Shown here one piece after another: positions 9,301-18,429 of a stretch of 64,000 bases of DNA. Under the pieces are notes generated by a model. It had not been told where the DNA came from. It ran no database searches and saw only the letters and a program-made list of their open reading frames with translations. The stretch comes from Patescibacteria group bacterium (GTDB taxonomy: Bacteria > Patescibacteriota > Microgenomatia > UBA10105 > UBA927), in assembly GCA_038062895.1 (NCBI GenBank), contig JBBTWJ010000005.1, positions 131,715 to 195,714 of the forward strand, written 5' to 3'. Both the position numbers and the translations under genes were made by a program. The stretch's first letter is position 1; the number at the start of each line of letters is the position of its first letter.

Positions 9301-10461
9301 ATGAGAAAATTTCTTGCCCGCATTCCTTATTTATCCATACTGGTTATTTTTAGTGTGCTATCGGTCGGGGGATTGGTCTATGCATATCAGATGATAGGGA
9401 GTCTAAACAATAGCATTGCTTCAGAACAAAAACAACTTGATGAGACGAAGCAAACCTTAGTGACAGTCCAAAGCGAAGACCAGTACGTAAAAAATAAAAC
9501 ACTAGAGGCGACCATAAGTGCAATAGAAAAAACATATGGCACGACCGTGAAGATGTATGAGGAAGTCCTTTCGCTCAAAGAGTTTACAAAAGACGGAACG
9601 ATATTTGATGGATCCATTTCCGCGGTGTTGACGTTCCTCTCTAAACGTGAGTATGCGTCTGCCTCCGCGATGCTTGATACTATTGCGCGGGACACCAAAG
9701 CGCTCCGCGCAAAGCTCGCAAGCCAAGCTCAATCAATACCGGCAAATGTCGTAGCGGACAATACGCTTCCGGGGGGAGGATTTCGTAGGCAGTCGGTAAA
9801 AAATGAGTTTGGTACGTATCTCGTCGATGTGATTGCCGCGGACCTTTCTTCAACAAGGGCGATAGTCGATACCGCATCGGATAAGGATTGTGGAAATGAC
9901 TGTCCGACGCTGTCCCTGGGAGAATATGTATCCCGAAACGGAGGATACGCCGGGGTAAACGGCTCATACTTCTGTCCGAAAGAGTACCCGAGCTGCGCCG
10001 GGAAGACGAATACCTTTGATACGCTCCTCATGAATAAAAATAAAACGTACTTTAACTCCGATAATAATGTTTACAGCACCGTGCCGGCAGTGATATTTTT
10101 GGGGGGATCTGCCCGGTTTGTGGGAAAGTCGCTCGAATGGGGGAGAGACACGGGAGCTGATGGAGTGCTGGCCAATCAGCCATTGCTTCTCATGGGTGGT
10201 AACGTCCAGTTCGGCGGCGATGATGATCCGAAGAAAGGCTCGAGGGGGTCACGAAGTTTCGTGGGGAGCCGGGGGAGCACGGTGTATATTGGGGTTGTCC
10301 ATGGCGCGACGGTCGCGGAGGTCGCCCATGTGCTCAAAGCGATGGGAGTGGAAAATGCGATTAATCTGGACAGTGGAGGGTCGGTGGCACTCTGGTACAA
10401 TGGATATAAAGCAGGACCTGGGAGAAATATTCCCAATGCGATAGTACTAGTAAGAAGATAA
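9301..10461 (+). CDS. Phosphodiester glycosidase (NAGPA-like) protein with TM anchor and coiled coil
   Basis: AGVNGSYF, RSFVG, AINLDSGGS, RNIPNAIV. Confidence 0.75.
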   Translation: MRKFLARIPYLSILVIFSVLSVGGLVYAYQMIGSLNNSIASEQKQLDETKQTLVTVQSEDQYVKNKTLEATISAIEKTYGTTVKMYEEVLSLKEFTKDGTIFDGSISAVLTFLSKREYASASAMLDTIARDTKALRAKLASQAQSIPANVVADNTLPGGGFRRQSVKNEFGTYLVDVIAADLSSTRAIVDTASDKDCGNDCPTLSLGEYVSRNGGYAGVNGSYFCPKEYPSCAGKTNTFDTLLMNKNKTYFNSDNNVYSTVPAVIFLGGSARFVGKSLEWGRDTGADGVLANQPLLLMGGNVQFGGDDDPKKGSRGSRSFVGSRGSTVYIGVVHGATVAEVAHVLKAMGVENAINLDSGGSVALWYNGYKAGPGRNIPNAIVLVRR

Positions 10462-10468
10462 CAGGATT

Positions 10469-10622
10469 TATGCCAGGTAGTAGAAACTCGATACAAAATT
10501 TTATCCGATTTTAAAATCATGATTATAAATACAATGATTGTCGAGTCCAAAATAGTGCTATAAATCTTGAAAATTTTGTTTCCTCGCTAAGGCGAGGGAT
10601 CGAGTTTTCACTACCTGGTATG
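10469..10622. mobile_element. Start-codon-associated TIR element, non-coding copy 2 (probably inverted relative to the others)
   Basis: TATG-CCAGGTAGTAGAAACTCGAT (10469-10492) ... ATCGAGTTTTCACTACCTGG-TATG (10599-10622); TATG on both sides; last ATG is the gapN start. Confidence 0.75.
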
Positions 10623-12104
10623 CCGGAAGAATTTTTTGAAGTCTTAAGCAATCATGCGACGCCGCCGGTCTACCGTCATTTCAATGGAAAAGAATGGGTG
10701 GAGAGTGCGAGTGGAAAGACCGTCGAGGTTCGTTCTCCCATTGATGACAGCGTGGTGGGCGTCCTCCAAGTGGTGACCACGGGGGAAATTGACGCGGTAA
10801 TGATGGCTGCTAAAACAGGACAGGTGAAATGGGAAGCGACTCCCCTCAATCAGCGGGTGAAGATCATGCATCTCTCTGCCGACTGGATCCGGCATTTTGA
10901 AGAATATCTCACGACACTGCTTGCCCGCGAAATTGGCAAGACGACAGGAGAGGCTAAAAGTGAGATTGTCAGAACAGCTGACCTCATCGATTACTACGCC
11001 GATGAGGCTCAATCGATGCGTGGGGAGACTCTGGATAGCGATAATTTCCCGGGATACGACAAAGGACGGATCGGACTCATCGAGCGCGTGGCGTGGGGAA
11101 CGGTTCTGGCGATCGCTCCATTTAACTACCCCGTCAATTTATCGGCAAGCAAAATTGCCCCAGCACTTCTGATGGGAAACAGCGTTGTTTTTAAGCCACC
11201 GACACAAGGTGGCATCAGTGCTCTCCATCTCGTGCAAGCATTTCTCAAAGCCGGTGTCCCGGAAGGAGTGCTCACCTGCGTGACCGGGACGGGCGCGGAT
11301 ATTGGTGATTATCTCGTTTCTCATACGGGCATCGACTGTATTACTTTTACGGGAAGTTCTGATACCGGAGAGGCGATAGCCAAGCATGCCGGTATGAAGC
11401 CGTTAGTGTTTGAGTGCGGCGGCAATAATCCGGCTTTAGTCCTCCCTGACGCGGATATGAATCTCACGGCCCGCGAGATTATCAAAGGCGCATTTTCCTA
11501 TGCCGGGCAGCGGTGTACGGCGATAAAATACATCCTTGCCATGCCCTCGACGATGGAACAATTATTGCCGGTGTTACGCAAAGAGTTTGGGGAATCAGTG
11601 AAGATGGGTGACCCCCGCAGTCCGGAAACGAAAATGGTGGGGCCGGTCATTTCTGTGGGAGCTGCCGAACACATCCAATCGCTTATCGATGAGACGGTGA
11701 AGGCAGGAGCCAAGATTGTGTCCGGAGGGAAAAGAAATAATGCTTACATTGAACCCACGATTCTTTCCGGTGTCCGGCCGGAGATGCCGGCAGTCGCTCA
11801 GGAAGTGTTCGGGCCGGTGGTCTCACTCATTACCGTCAAGGATGTGAGCGAAGCCACGGGGATCATTAACGCGTCGCGATTTGGACTTCAGGCTTCTGTG
11901 TTCACAAAAGATGAGGGAGCGGGGATAGTCGTTGCTAAACAGTTGAGCGTCGGAACCGTGCAAATTAATGGGAGCCCACAACGCGGTCCCGATCACTTCC
12001 CATTCTTGGGCGTCAAACGATCAGGATTAGGCGTGCAAGGGGTACGGTATTCTCTGGAAGAAATGAGCCGCTTGCGGCCCATTGTCATCAATAAGCCGCA
12101 GTAA
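10620..12104 (+). CDS. gapN: NADP-dependent non-phosphorylating GAPDH (ALDH superfamily)
   Basis: IAPFNYPVNLSASKIAPALLMGNSVVFKPPTQG, FTGS, FSYAGQRCTA, PQRGPDHFPFLGVKRSG.GVQGVRYS. Confidence 0.88.
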   Translation: MPEEFFEVLSNHATPPVYRHFNGKEWVESASGKTVEVRSPIDDSVVGVLQVVTTGEIDAVMMAAKTGQVKWEATPLNQRVKIMHLSADWIRHFEEYLTTLLAREIGKTTGEAKSEIVRTADLIDYYADEAQSMRGETLDSDNFPGYDKGRIGLIERVAWGTVLAIAPFNYPVNLSASKIAPALLMGNSVVFKPPTQGGISALHLVQAFLKAGVPEGVLTCVTGTGADIGDYLVSHTGIDCITFTGSSDTGEAIAKHAGMKPLVFECGGNNPALVLPDADMNLTAREIIKGAFSYAGQRCTAIKYILAMPSTMEQLLPVLRKEFGESVKMGDPRSPETKMVGPVISVGAAEHIQSLIDETVKAGAKIVSGGKRNNAYIEPTILSGVRPEMPAVAQEVFGPVVSLITVKDVSEATGIINASRFGLQASVFTKDEGAGIVVAKQLSVGTVQINGSPQRGPDHFPFLGVKRSGLGVQGVRYSLEEMSRLRPIVINKPQ

Positions 12105-12162
12105 ATCGAGAAAATGCTTTCTCGGGATCAGCACACTAGCGTTATCGATTACTTTATTTAAT

Positions 12163-12194
12163 AGACAAAATAAACCACGTGGTGTATTTTGTCA
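12163..12194. repeat. 32-bp palindromic direct repeat, copy downstream of the wHTH/Cas2-like gene
   Basis: AGACAAAATAAACCACGTGGTGTATTTTGTCA, identical to 12967-12998. Confidence 0.9.
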
Positions 12195-12262
12195 TCTTTC
12201 CTTGAGAGCTTTTTGATTTTATTCTATCTTTAATGGTAATGAGTGGGAGATTCCAGAAGTAT

Positions 12263-12961
12263 CTAGACATCAAAGAAATCGCGGAAGCTTTGGTCGTTTT
12301 CAATCGCAGCTACGCGGAATATTCGGACGTATTTCCCGATCCCTAGATATTCACGAAGAAATATGAGTTCTTTGACGCATGGATATGCGTGAAGGTACAT
12401 ACTCTCGTGTAGGGGATAGAACCGCCAGACGCGAAGATATTCACGGAAATATGTACGAAGGTGATCCAGGGCGCGTGGTATATCATAGCTGACGAGACAC
12501 CACGTTTCGTCCCAGCGTGCGGGTTTTTCTATAGTGATTTCATCAAGCGCATATTTGAGTACGCGCCGTTTTCCGTTTTGTGTGAGCGTGATAACGTCGG
12601 CGTCACCTTCTTTGGAAATTTGTACAAGCTTTGCTTGCTCAAGGCGCGCGAGGGTGCGTTTGAGGTAGCTTAAGTTAAAGCGCTTCCATGTTGGGTCATC
12701 GTCATTATGATGAGTATTCAGAAATGGCTTGAGGACCATGGGGAGAGTGGGGAAGGCAAGCGAGGCAGCGATGAACGCTCCGGCGCCGACGAGTTTGAGC
12801 ACCAGTGCGACTTTTGCATATTTTTCTGTCCGTTCTTGGCGATCTATCTTATGAAGAAGTGATTGGCAAAGCGTTGCGATTTCTGCTTCCGTTTTTTCGG
12901 TAAGCGGCAGGTTTTCAATTTTTTGTTTAGGCTTTCTTGGACGAACTCGAAGCGAATTCAT
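12263..12961 (-). CDS. PaaX-like protein (wHTH plus Cas2-like ferredoxin-fold domain)
   Basis: LKRTLARLEQAKLV..ITLTQNG (wHTH), WDETWCLVSYDIP, FYPLHESMY; start taken at ATG 12961. Confidence 0.75.
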   Translation of the reverse strand: MNSLRVRPRKPKQKIENLPLTEKTEAEIATLCQSLLHKIDRQERTEKYAKVALVLKLVGAGAFIAASLAFPTLPMVLKPFLNTHHNDDDPTWKRFNLSYLKRTLARLEQAKLVQISKEGDADVITLTQNGKRRVLKYALDEITIEKPARWDETWCLVSYDIPRALDHLRTYFREYLRVWRFYPLHESMYLHAYPCVKELIFLREYLGIGKYVRIFRVAAIENDQSFRDFFDV

Positions 12962-12966
12962 GGTAG

Positions 12967-12998
12967 AGACAAAATAAACCACGTGGTGTATTTTGTCA
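12967..12998. repeat. 32-bp palindromic direct repeat overlapping the gene's promoter
   Basis: On the minus strand reads TTGACA-17-TATTTT, 9 nt before the ATG. Confidence 0.9.
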
Positions 12999-13092
12999 AG
13001 ATTACTGAGATTACAGAAATGGGGAGATAAGATCCAGCACATTGGCGCCCGGCCATTGATTTTCAGAGAGAGTGAGAGTACTCTAGGTGTTG

Positions 13093-13755
13093 ATGGTTGG
13101 ACTTGACCAAAAAGCGGAAATTTCTCCAATACTTCCCGAGCCCACGGAATCGGTTCTTGGTGGAGTAGGGGACGGGAGACCTCGCGTGTCTTTCGGAATA
13201 ATATTAGGTCAGAGAGCAGCAGAGGACCCTACGCCCGTACAGCAAAAAATTTTCGATATTTCCCATCCCAAAGTACGCTACCGTTTAGCGCAGAGCGTGC
13301 ACTATTGGGATCATGCAACGGGTGGCCAAAAAGTTGCTCCGGGGTTTGAAACGATTACCTATGCAAATGATAGAGGTGTTATTGTTATAGATCCATTCTC
13401 TGAACGGACAAGCGATATCATGCAGCCCGAAGAGTTTGCGAGACAAACGGCGAACAGCGATGGCGTTTTTTCTTTGGATTTGGCAACCGCGCGGCATACA
13501 TTTAGAGTAAGGAATCCTTCTATTTTTCCTTTCGTTAAGGAGGCATTTAATGCGGTAGAAGAACTTCTTTTTCATGGACAGAGTATAGCAGCGTTGGAAA
13601 CATATGATGGAGATCTAAGCCGATCAGAGTTAGAGACCCTTAAGTCGCGAAGAATGAAGCTTTTATTCAAGAGAGATTGGGATTTTGACCCAAAGAGTAA
13701 GCAGCCAAAGCAAAAATGGGATTGGAAACCTCAATATCCACAGATTAAATTTTAA
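13093..13755 (+). CDS. Hypothetical protein
   Basis: Long ORF filling an intergenic gap; no motif recognised. Confidence 0.55.
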   Translation: MVGLDQKAEISPILPEPTESVLGGVGDGRPRVSFGIILGQRAAEDPTPVQQKIFDISHPKVRYRLAQSVHYWDHATGGQKVAPGFETITYANDRGVIVIDPFSERTSDIMQPEEFARQTANSDGVFSLDLATARHTFRVRNPSIFPFVKEAFNAVEELLFHGQSIAALETYDGDLSRSELETLKSRRMKLLFKRDWDFDPKSKQPKQKWDWKPQYPQIKF

Positions 13756-13774
13756 TTTGTAGTAAATTATCGTT

Positions 13775-13826
13775 TTATTCCCACTCCATAGTCGCCGGGG
13801 GCTTGCCCCGCACCAGGCGGTGCGGG
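13775..13826 (-). repeat. Recoded duplicate of the guaA 3' end plus palindrome
   Basis: 13775-13804 encodes KPPATMEWE* again; hairpin CCCGCACC-AGGC-GGTGCGGG at 13807-13826. Confidence 0.85.
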
Positions 13827-13843
13827 ACTGCGCAGGTTTATCA

Positions 13844-15367
13844 CTACTCCCATTCCATGGTGGCAGGCGGCTTGGTGGTGATGTCGTAGACAACTCTGGA
13901 GACATTGGGGACTTCGTTGACGATGCGGGAAGAAATCTTGGCGAGCACGTCATAGGGGATGCGCGTCCATTGGCTGGTCATAATATCTTTTGACTCGTAT
14001 GCGCGGATAGCGACGACTTCGGCAAAAACTCTTCCATCACCCTTTACGGCTGTAGAATACGCGCCAGTCATGACAGCGAAGCATTGAAAAACCTTGTTGT
14101 AGAGTTTGGCGGTCCTCATTTCTTCGACCACGATACTATCAGCAATCTTGACTTGATCGAGACGAATAGGGCTGACTTCTCCTCGGACGCGTACCGCGTA
14201 ACCGGGGCCGGGGAACGGCTGTTCGCCCACGATATCCTCCGGCAGCCCCGCGAGGCGACCTAACTCGCGCACCTCGTCTTTATAAAAATTCCGTAAAGGC
14301 TCGAGGAGTGTGAGCTTCATGTCTTTAGGCAGGCCACCAACGTTATGGTGGGATTTGATATGGGAGGCGTGGCGGCTTCCTTTACTTTCGATCACGTCGG
14401 AGTAAATCGTTCCCTGGCCCAGAAATTTTGCGTCCTGATGCTTTATTGCCTGTTCCTGAAAAATATCGATATAGAGTTTGCCAATAGTTTTTCTTTTGAT
14501 TTCCGGATCAGTGACTCCCTTGAGTGCATCCATAAATCGTTTTTTAGCGTCGATAATGACTAAATTAGCGTGAATAAGCTTAGTGAAGATGTGACGCACC
14601 CGTTTATCTGTATCAGGCCGCATCAGACCACTCTCAACATAAACGGGAATTAAGTTTTTCCCAATTGCTTTACCGATGAGAAATGCCACGACGGTCGAAT
14701 CCACGCCACCGGAAACTGCGCAGATGACTTTACTATTATCAACAGTTTTTTTAATCGAGCCAATTATGCTTTTGGGATTTAATACAAAAGGAGAGAGAGT
14801 CTCGCCGCAGACGTCGACGGCGAAGTTTTTCAATAGTTCGGCTCCGTGTTCGGTATGATCCGCTTCCGGGTGAAATTGGACCCCAAATAATTTTTCTTTT
14901 TCGTTAATAACTGCGGCATATCGCACTTGCTTGGTCGATCCCATTGCCGTAAATCCCTTTGGCAGCTTTGTGACGGTGTCGCCGTGAGACATGATGACGG
15001 TGCCGGAATGTAATTTCATAAGGTACTTCCTTGCAGGATTGCAAGGAAGTACCTTGAAAAACTCCGGACCGTATTCTTTTTTCGAGTGTTTGACCGCGCC
15101 TCCCAACAGATGCGCCATGAGTTGCCAGCCGTAGCAGATTCCTAACACCGGCAGACCGAGCTTGAATATCTGTCTATCAACGGAAAGAGAGGCGTCGTGG
15201 CTGATATCGTTGGGGCCGCCGGAGAGGATAATTCCTTTTGGATGTTTCGTCTTGACGGTAGCTAGTGCGTCTTCGGGATCGGAATATTCGACGGCGACAC
15301 CGAGAGCGCGGAGACGGCGGCCGATGAGGTGGGCAGTTTGGCTCCCAAAATCGATGATGAGGATCAT
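13844..15367 (-). CDS. guaA: GMP synthase (glutamine-hydrolyzing)
   Basis: ILIIDFGSQ, LGICYG, QFHPE, SGGVDS, IKSHHNVGGLP, PFPGPG, YDITTKPPATMEWE. Confidence 0.97.
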   Translation of the reverse strand: MILIIDFGSQTAHLIGRRLRALGVAVEYSDPEDALATVKTKHPKGIILSGGPNDISHDASLSVDRQIFKLGLPVLGICYGWQLMAHLLGGAVKHSKKEYGPEFFKVLPCNPARKYLMKLHSGTVIMSHGDTVTKLPKGFTAMGSTKQVRYAAVINEKEKLFGVQFHPEADHTEHGAELLKNFAVDVCGETLSPFVLNPKSIIGSIKKTVDNSKVICAVSGGVDSTVVAFLIGKAIGKNLIPVYVESGLMRPDTDKRVRHIFTKLIHANLVIIDAKKRFMDALKGVTDPEIKRKTIGKLYIDIFQEQAIKHQDAKFLGQGTIYSDVIESKGSRHASHIKSHHNVGGLPKDMKLTLLEPLRNFYKDEVRELGRLAGLPEDIVGEQPFPGPGYAVRVRGEVSPIRLDQVKIADSIVVEEMRTAKLYNKVFQCFAVMTGAYSTAVKGDGRVFAEVVAIRAYESKDIMTSQWTRIPYDVLAKISSRIVNEVPNVSRVVYDITTKPPATMEWE

Positions 15368-15368
15368 A

Positions 15369-15563
15369 TTAGTTGAGCCTTTCTGGATGTTTGACGTTAT
15401 TATCGCGATCAGCCCGTTGGGCCGGTGAAGGATCCGCATCTCGTTTTAAGTATTCATCCGGGTCACTTTTGCCGACTATTTTGGCACGCTCTTCTTCGAG
15501 CACTTCGTCAAGTGTCGCTTTTCTTGGTGTTGTTTTGTTTACCAGTGGACTTTCGGTGCTCAT
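15369..15563 (-). CDS. Small hypothetical protein
   Basis: Exactly fills the gap between the PRTase and guaA, co-oriented. Confidence 0.5.
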   Translation of the reverse strand: MSTESPLVNKTTPRKATLDEVLEEERAKIVGKSDPDEYLKRDADPSPAQRADRDNNVKHPERLN

Positions 15564-15565
15564 GG

Positions 15566-16213
15566 TTATGGCTTAATAACGACTGTATCATGTTTGCCGA
15601 TTTCGATAACGTGGATGCAGGAGTAGACCTTGATGCCGAGCTTGGCAACTTCCTCCAGTCCCCCTTGGAATACTTTATCAAACAGTACCGCAAACCCGGC
15701 GACTTTGACCCCGCGCTTGAGGAGTCCTTCGATGATTGAAGAGCCCGTCCCGCCGGTTGCGCAGACGTCGTCAACCAACAGCACGCGGTCATGGGGCAAC
15801 ACAAACGAAAGGTTGATGCCGGAGAACACCGTCATGCCACTATTACTTGTGGTAAATGACCGCGTTTCGGCGCGGAAAATATCTTTCCAGGTGGTTGGGA
15901 CATTTTGATCTTTGCGGGAACTATGGAGCCGGAGCGAGGGATTGTCCAGAGCAAGAGCAACGGCGGTGGCCAAGTAATTGCCGGAGTGGGGGATGCCATG
16001 GACGATATCAATTTTTTCATCTTTAAATTCGTGAGCGATCAGACGCGCAGCAGCAGCCAAAACAGAAGGCTTCATGCGAAGGTTAAAGGATGAGGCGGAA
16101 ACGTATCCACGCTCGAGATCAATGACTTTGGCATCGCGGAGGAATTCCTGGTGGAGAAAGTCGCGATCCTTTTTCAGATCTTCTGGAGCCATGTTACAGT
16201 ATACCACTTTCAC
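15566..16213 (-). CDS. Type I phosphoribosyltransferase (xanthine/adenine PRT-like)
   Basis: PRPP motif RVLLVDDVCATGGT, VLFDKVFQGG. Confidence 0.85.
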   Translation of the reverse strand: MKVVYCNMAPEDLKKDRDFLHQEFLRDAKVIDLERGYVSASSFNLRMKPSVLAAAARLIAHEFKDEKIDIVHGIPHSGNYLATAVALALDNPSLRLHSSRKDQNVPTTWKDIFRAETRSFTTSNSGMTVFSGINLSFVLPHDRVLLVDDVCATGGTGSSIIEGLLKRGVKVAGFAVLFDKVFQGGLEEVAKLGIKVYSCIHVIEIGKHDTVVIKP

Positions 16214-16532
16214 CTTTATTTTCTTGCAGCGCTGCTATGGTTTGTTGAGCTGCTACGATTCTTTCATAAACTGGACCACAAGCACGTGCGGTGTTTATTT
16301 TTCCTGAATTTACTAGCATGGTAAGTTCAGCGGTTGTGAGCGTGCAAGGACCAGGCCATGCACCTGAACAAAAAGGAACACACGAAGGGTCGCCGTTTGG
16401 AACGGGACATCCCTCGACAACGACAACAGGATCTGATGTGACATCGATAGATATCACGCTACCCAAATTATCAGAAAGGAGAATATAAGAGTCTGTTCTT
16501 ACAAGGGCGGGATCTGCATCAAGTTTTTTCAT
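16194..16532 (-). CDS. Hypothetical Cys-rich protein
   Basis: ORF co-oriented in the cluster; several Cys; no family recognised. Confidence 0.4.
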   Translation of the reverse strand: MKKLDADPALVRTDSYILLSDNLGSVISIDVTSDPVVVVEGCPVPNGDPSCVPFCSGAWPGPCTLTTAELTMLVNSGKINTARACGPVYERIVAAQQTIAALQENKGESGIL

Positions 16533-16581
16533 GAAATGCTAGTAACGACGTGCTATCGAGGTCCCAAGTTTTTAATATGTT

Positions 16582-16791
16582 TTATTTTGTTGTCTCTGCG
16601 AGCGTAGCAGCTTCGTCCTCTTGTGAAATTGTTGGTTGCCATAAAATCCTTGGTGGCCAAGTCCATTCAACGAGAACGCCAGCTGCGGGAATGGGGATTA
16701 GCGTTACTTTTTTTGCAGTGGGTAACGGTGTCCTATCGGGGAGACGGAGGTCGCCGGGGTTTTGCATTCCTAGTCGTGTATCTGCAGACAT
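16582..16791 (-). CDS. Small hypothetical protein
   Basis: SD AAAGGAGA 5 nt upstream of ATG. Confidence 0.5.
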   Translation of the reverse strand: MSADTRLGMQNPGDLRLPDRTPLPTAKKVTLIPIPAAGVLVEWTWPPRILWQPTISQEDEAATLAETTK

Positions 16792-17074
16792 TATATCTCC
16801 TTTTCTGCGCCGGAAATTGTAGTTATATGAATATCACTATCCACCACATCTCGTGCACTCGCCTTACCTACTATTCGTAGCGCGGCTCGTGCTCTCGATT
16901 GTTGGTGGATTGATGGTTACTAAGCTCGTGAATAAGTATTCACTCGCAAAGTAACCAACAAAAAAAGGGCGCGTGTCTAGCCCTATAAGGAGAGAATAGA
17001 GGATAACAAGAGGGAACGTCAAGGGGTTGATTTTAAAGCCGAGCTTTCAAATGGCAAAGCTCGGCTTTGGGGTT

Positions 17075-17794
17075 CTATTGCCGGACGAGGGAGAACCAGG
17101 CGTCAAAGCCGTTAAGCTTGAGTTTGCCGGGGCGCATAGAGTCGATGGAGAGAAGTGAGATGATTTGAGAATCGGAAAATCCTGCTTCTTTGAGTTTTTC
17201 GCGTCCACCAAACGGCTTTTCGATGACATAGCAAAACCCAACAGGTATAGCTTGGGCTTGCGCGACGATTTGGAGAAGATCAATAGCGGTTTTGCCGGTA
17301 TCCAAAAAGTCGTCGCAGATGAGGACGCGCGCCCCTGCGGGGAGGCAGTCTTTGGCGACGGTGAGATCGACGGACTTGCCGTGGGTGTACGATCGGCTCA
17401 TCGCATGATACGCATTATCGATGGTAATGGGCTGTCCTTTGGGCGCATAGACTACATCAGGAATTGGGGAAAGGTGGATGGCTGTAGCGATCGCGGGGAT
17501 ATTGCCCGATGAAGGGGCGGTAAGAATGATGTCCGGTTGGAGGATAGTTGCCAACGCCGCGAGTTCTTCTCCTATGGCCATAATAAGTTTCGTATTAATG
17601 CGGTGATTGAGGAAATGGGTGACATCTAAAACGAGAAAGCTTTGGTCGCTATCGCTTGGCGAGTAGGTGAACGACCGGGATTGGGCGACGAGCGAGGAGG
17701 CTAAAAGTTTTTGTGCACGGGAGAGAAGAGAAGAGGAGATGGTTTGTAATGCGTCTTTGGGTTCGAGGATGGGTAGGTCCGGGTAGTCATTCAT
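17075..17794 (-). CDS. Xanthine phosphoribosyltransferase-like protein
   Basis: LDVTHFLNHRI, ILTAPSSGNIPA, SRSYT, RVLICDDFLDTG, VIEKPFGGR. Confidence 0.8.
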   Translation of the reverse strand: MNDYPDLPILEPKDALQTISSSLLSRAQKLLASSLVAQSRSFTYSPSDSDQSFLVLDVTHFLNHRINTKLIMAIGEELAALATILQPDIILTAPSSGNIPAIATAIHLSPIPDVVYAPKGQPITIDNAYHAMSRSYTHGKSVDLTVAKDCLPAGARVLICDDFLDTGKTAIDLLQIVAQAQAIPVGFCYVIEKPFGGREKLKEAGFSDSQIISLLSIDSMRPGKLKLNGFDAWFSLVRQ

Positions 17795-17797
17795 ATA

Positions 17798-18376
17798 TTA
17801 TTTATGATAATGGTTGTTAACAAATTCGATTTGATTGGTAGTATACCCAAGATGAATAAGAAATGCGCGGATATCCGCTTTTGACTTCCCTTCCTTCATC
17901 ATTGTGGTGGTGAATGTCGTCACCCATTCGGTGACTTCGTGCGGCTGAAGAATCCAGGCGCTGGTTTGTTTGGCATAGAAATCCGGTTTGTATACGGAGT
18001 GGGGTTTGTAAAAAAGCGCGGCGGTGGTGATGGAGGCGGGGTGAAACGTTTTCAGATACCGGATAGCCCGTTTAAACGTCTTGCCGTAGTCGGCGATGTC
18101 ATCGACAAGCAAGATATGTTTGCCCCTGATCTGTTTGCCGAGCTTACTCGTGATCGTGAGCTCTCCTTGTTTTTGGATATCCGTATAGCTTTGGATGGTG
18201 ATGGTGGAGATGGGTTTTTGGAGAAAGTCGGTGAGGATAAGCCCCACGGAGAGCCCGCCGCGAGCGATGGCCACAATTTCATCGATGGGCGTTTTGTGTT
18301 CAAGGATTTGTTCGGCAAGAAGAAGACTCAAGGAGTGAAATTCGTTCCAGGTGACCGGGAGATACTGGCCTGCCAT
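17798..18376 (-). CDS. Purine phosphoribosyltransferase (Gpt/archaeal HGXPRT-like)
   Basis: IVAIARGGL, HILLVDDIADYGKT, KPDFYA, WILQPHE. Confidence 0.85.
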   Translation of the reverse strand: MAGQYLPVTWNEFHSLSLLLAEQILEHKTPIDEIVAIARGGLSVGLILTDFLQKPISTITIQSYTDIQKQGELTITSKLGKQIRGKHILLVDDIADYGKTFKRAIRYLKTFHPASITTAALFYKPHSVYKPDFYAKQTSAWILQPHEVTEWVTTFTTTMMKEGKSKADIRAFLIHLGYTTNQIEFVNNHYHK

Positions 18377-18429
18377 GCGTTATTATCTCGTGGTCCTTGA
18401 CGGATGTCAATATGACCTTATAATAGGAA

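Noticed and set aside
12163-12998. CRISPR array
   Set aside because: Only two repeats about 770 bp apart with a gene between them; no cas1 or effector genes in the window.
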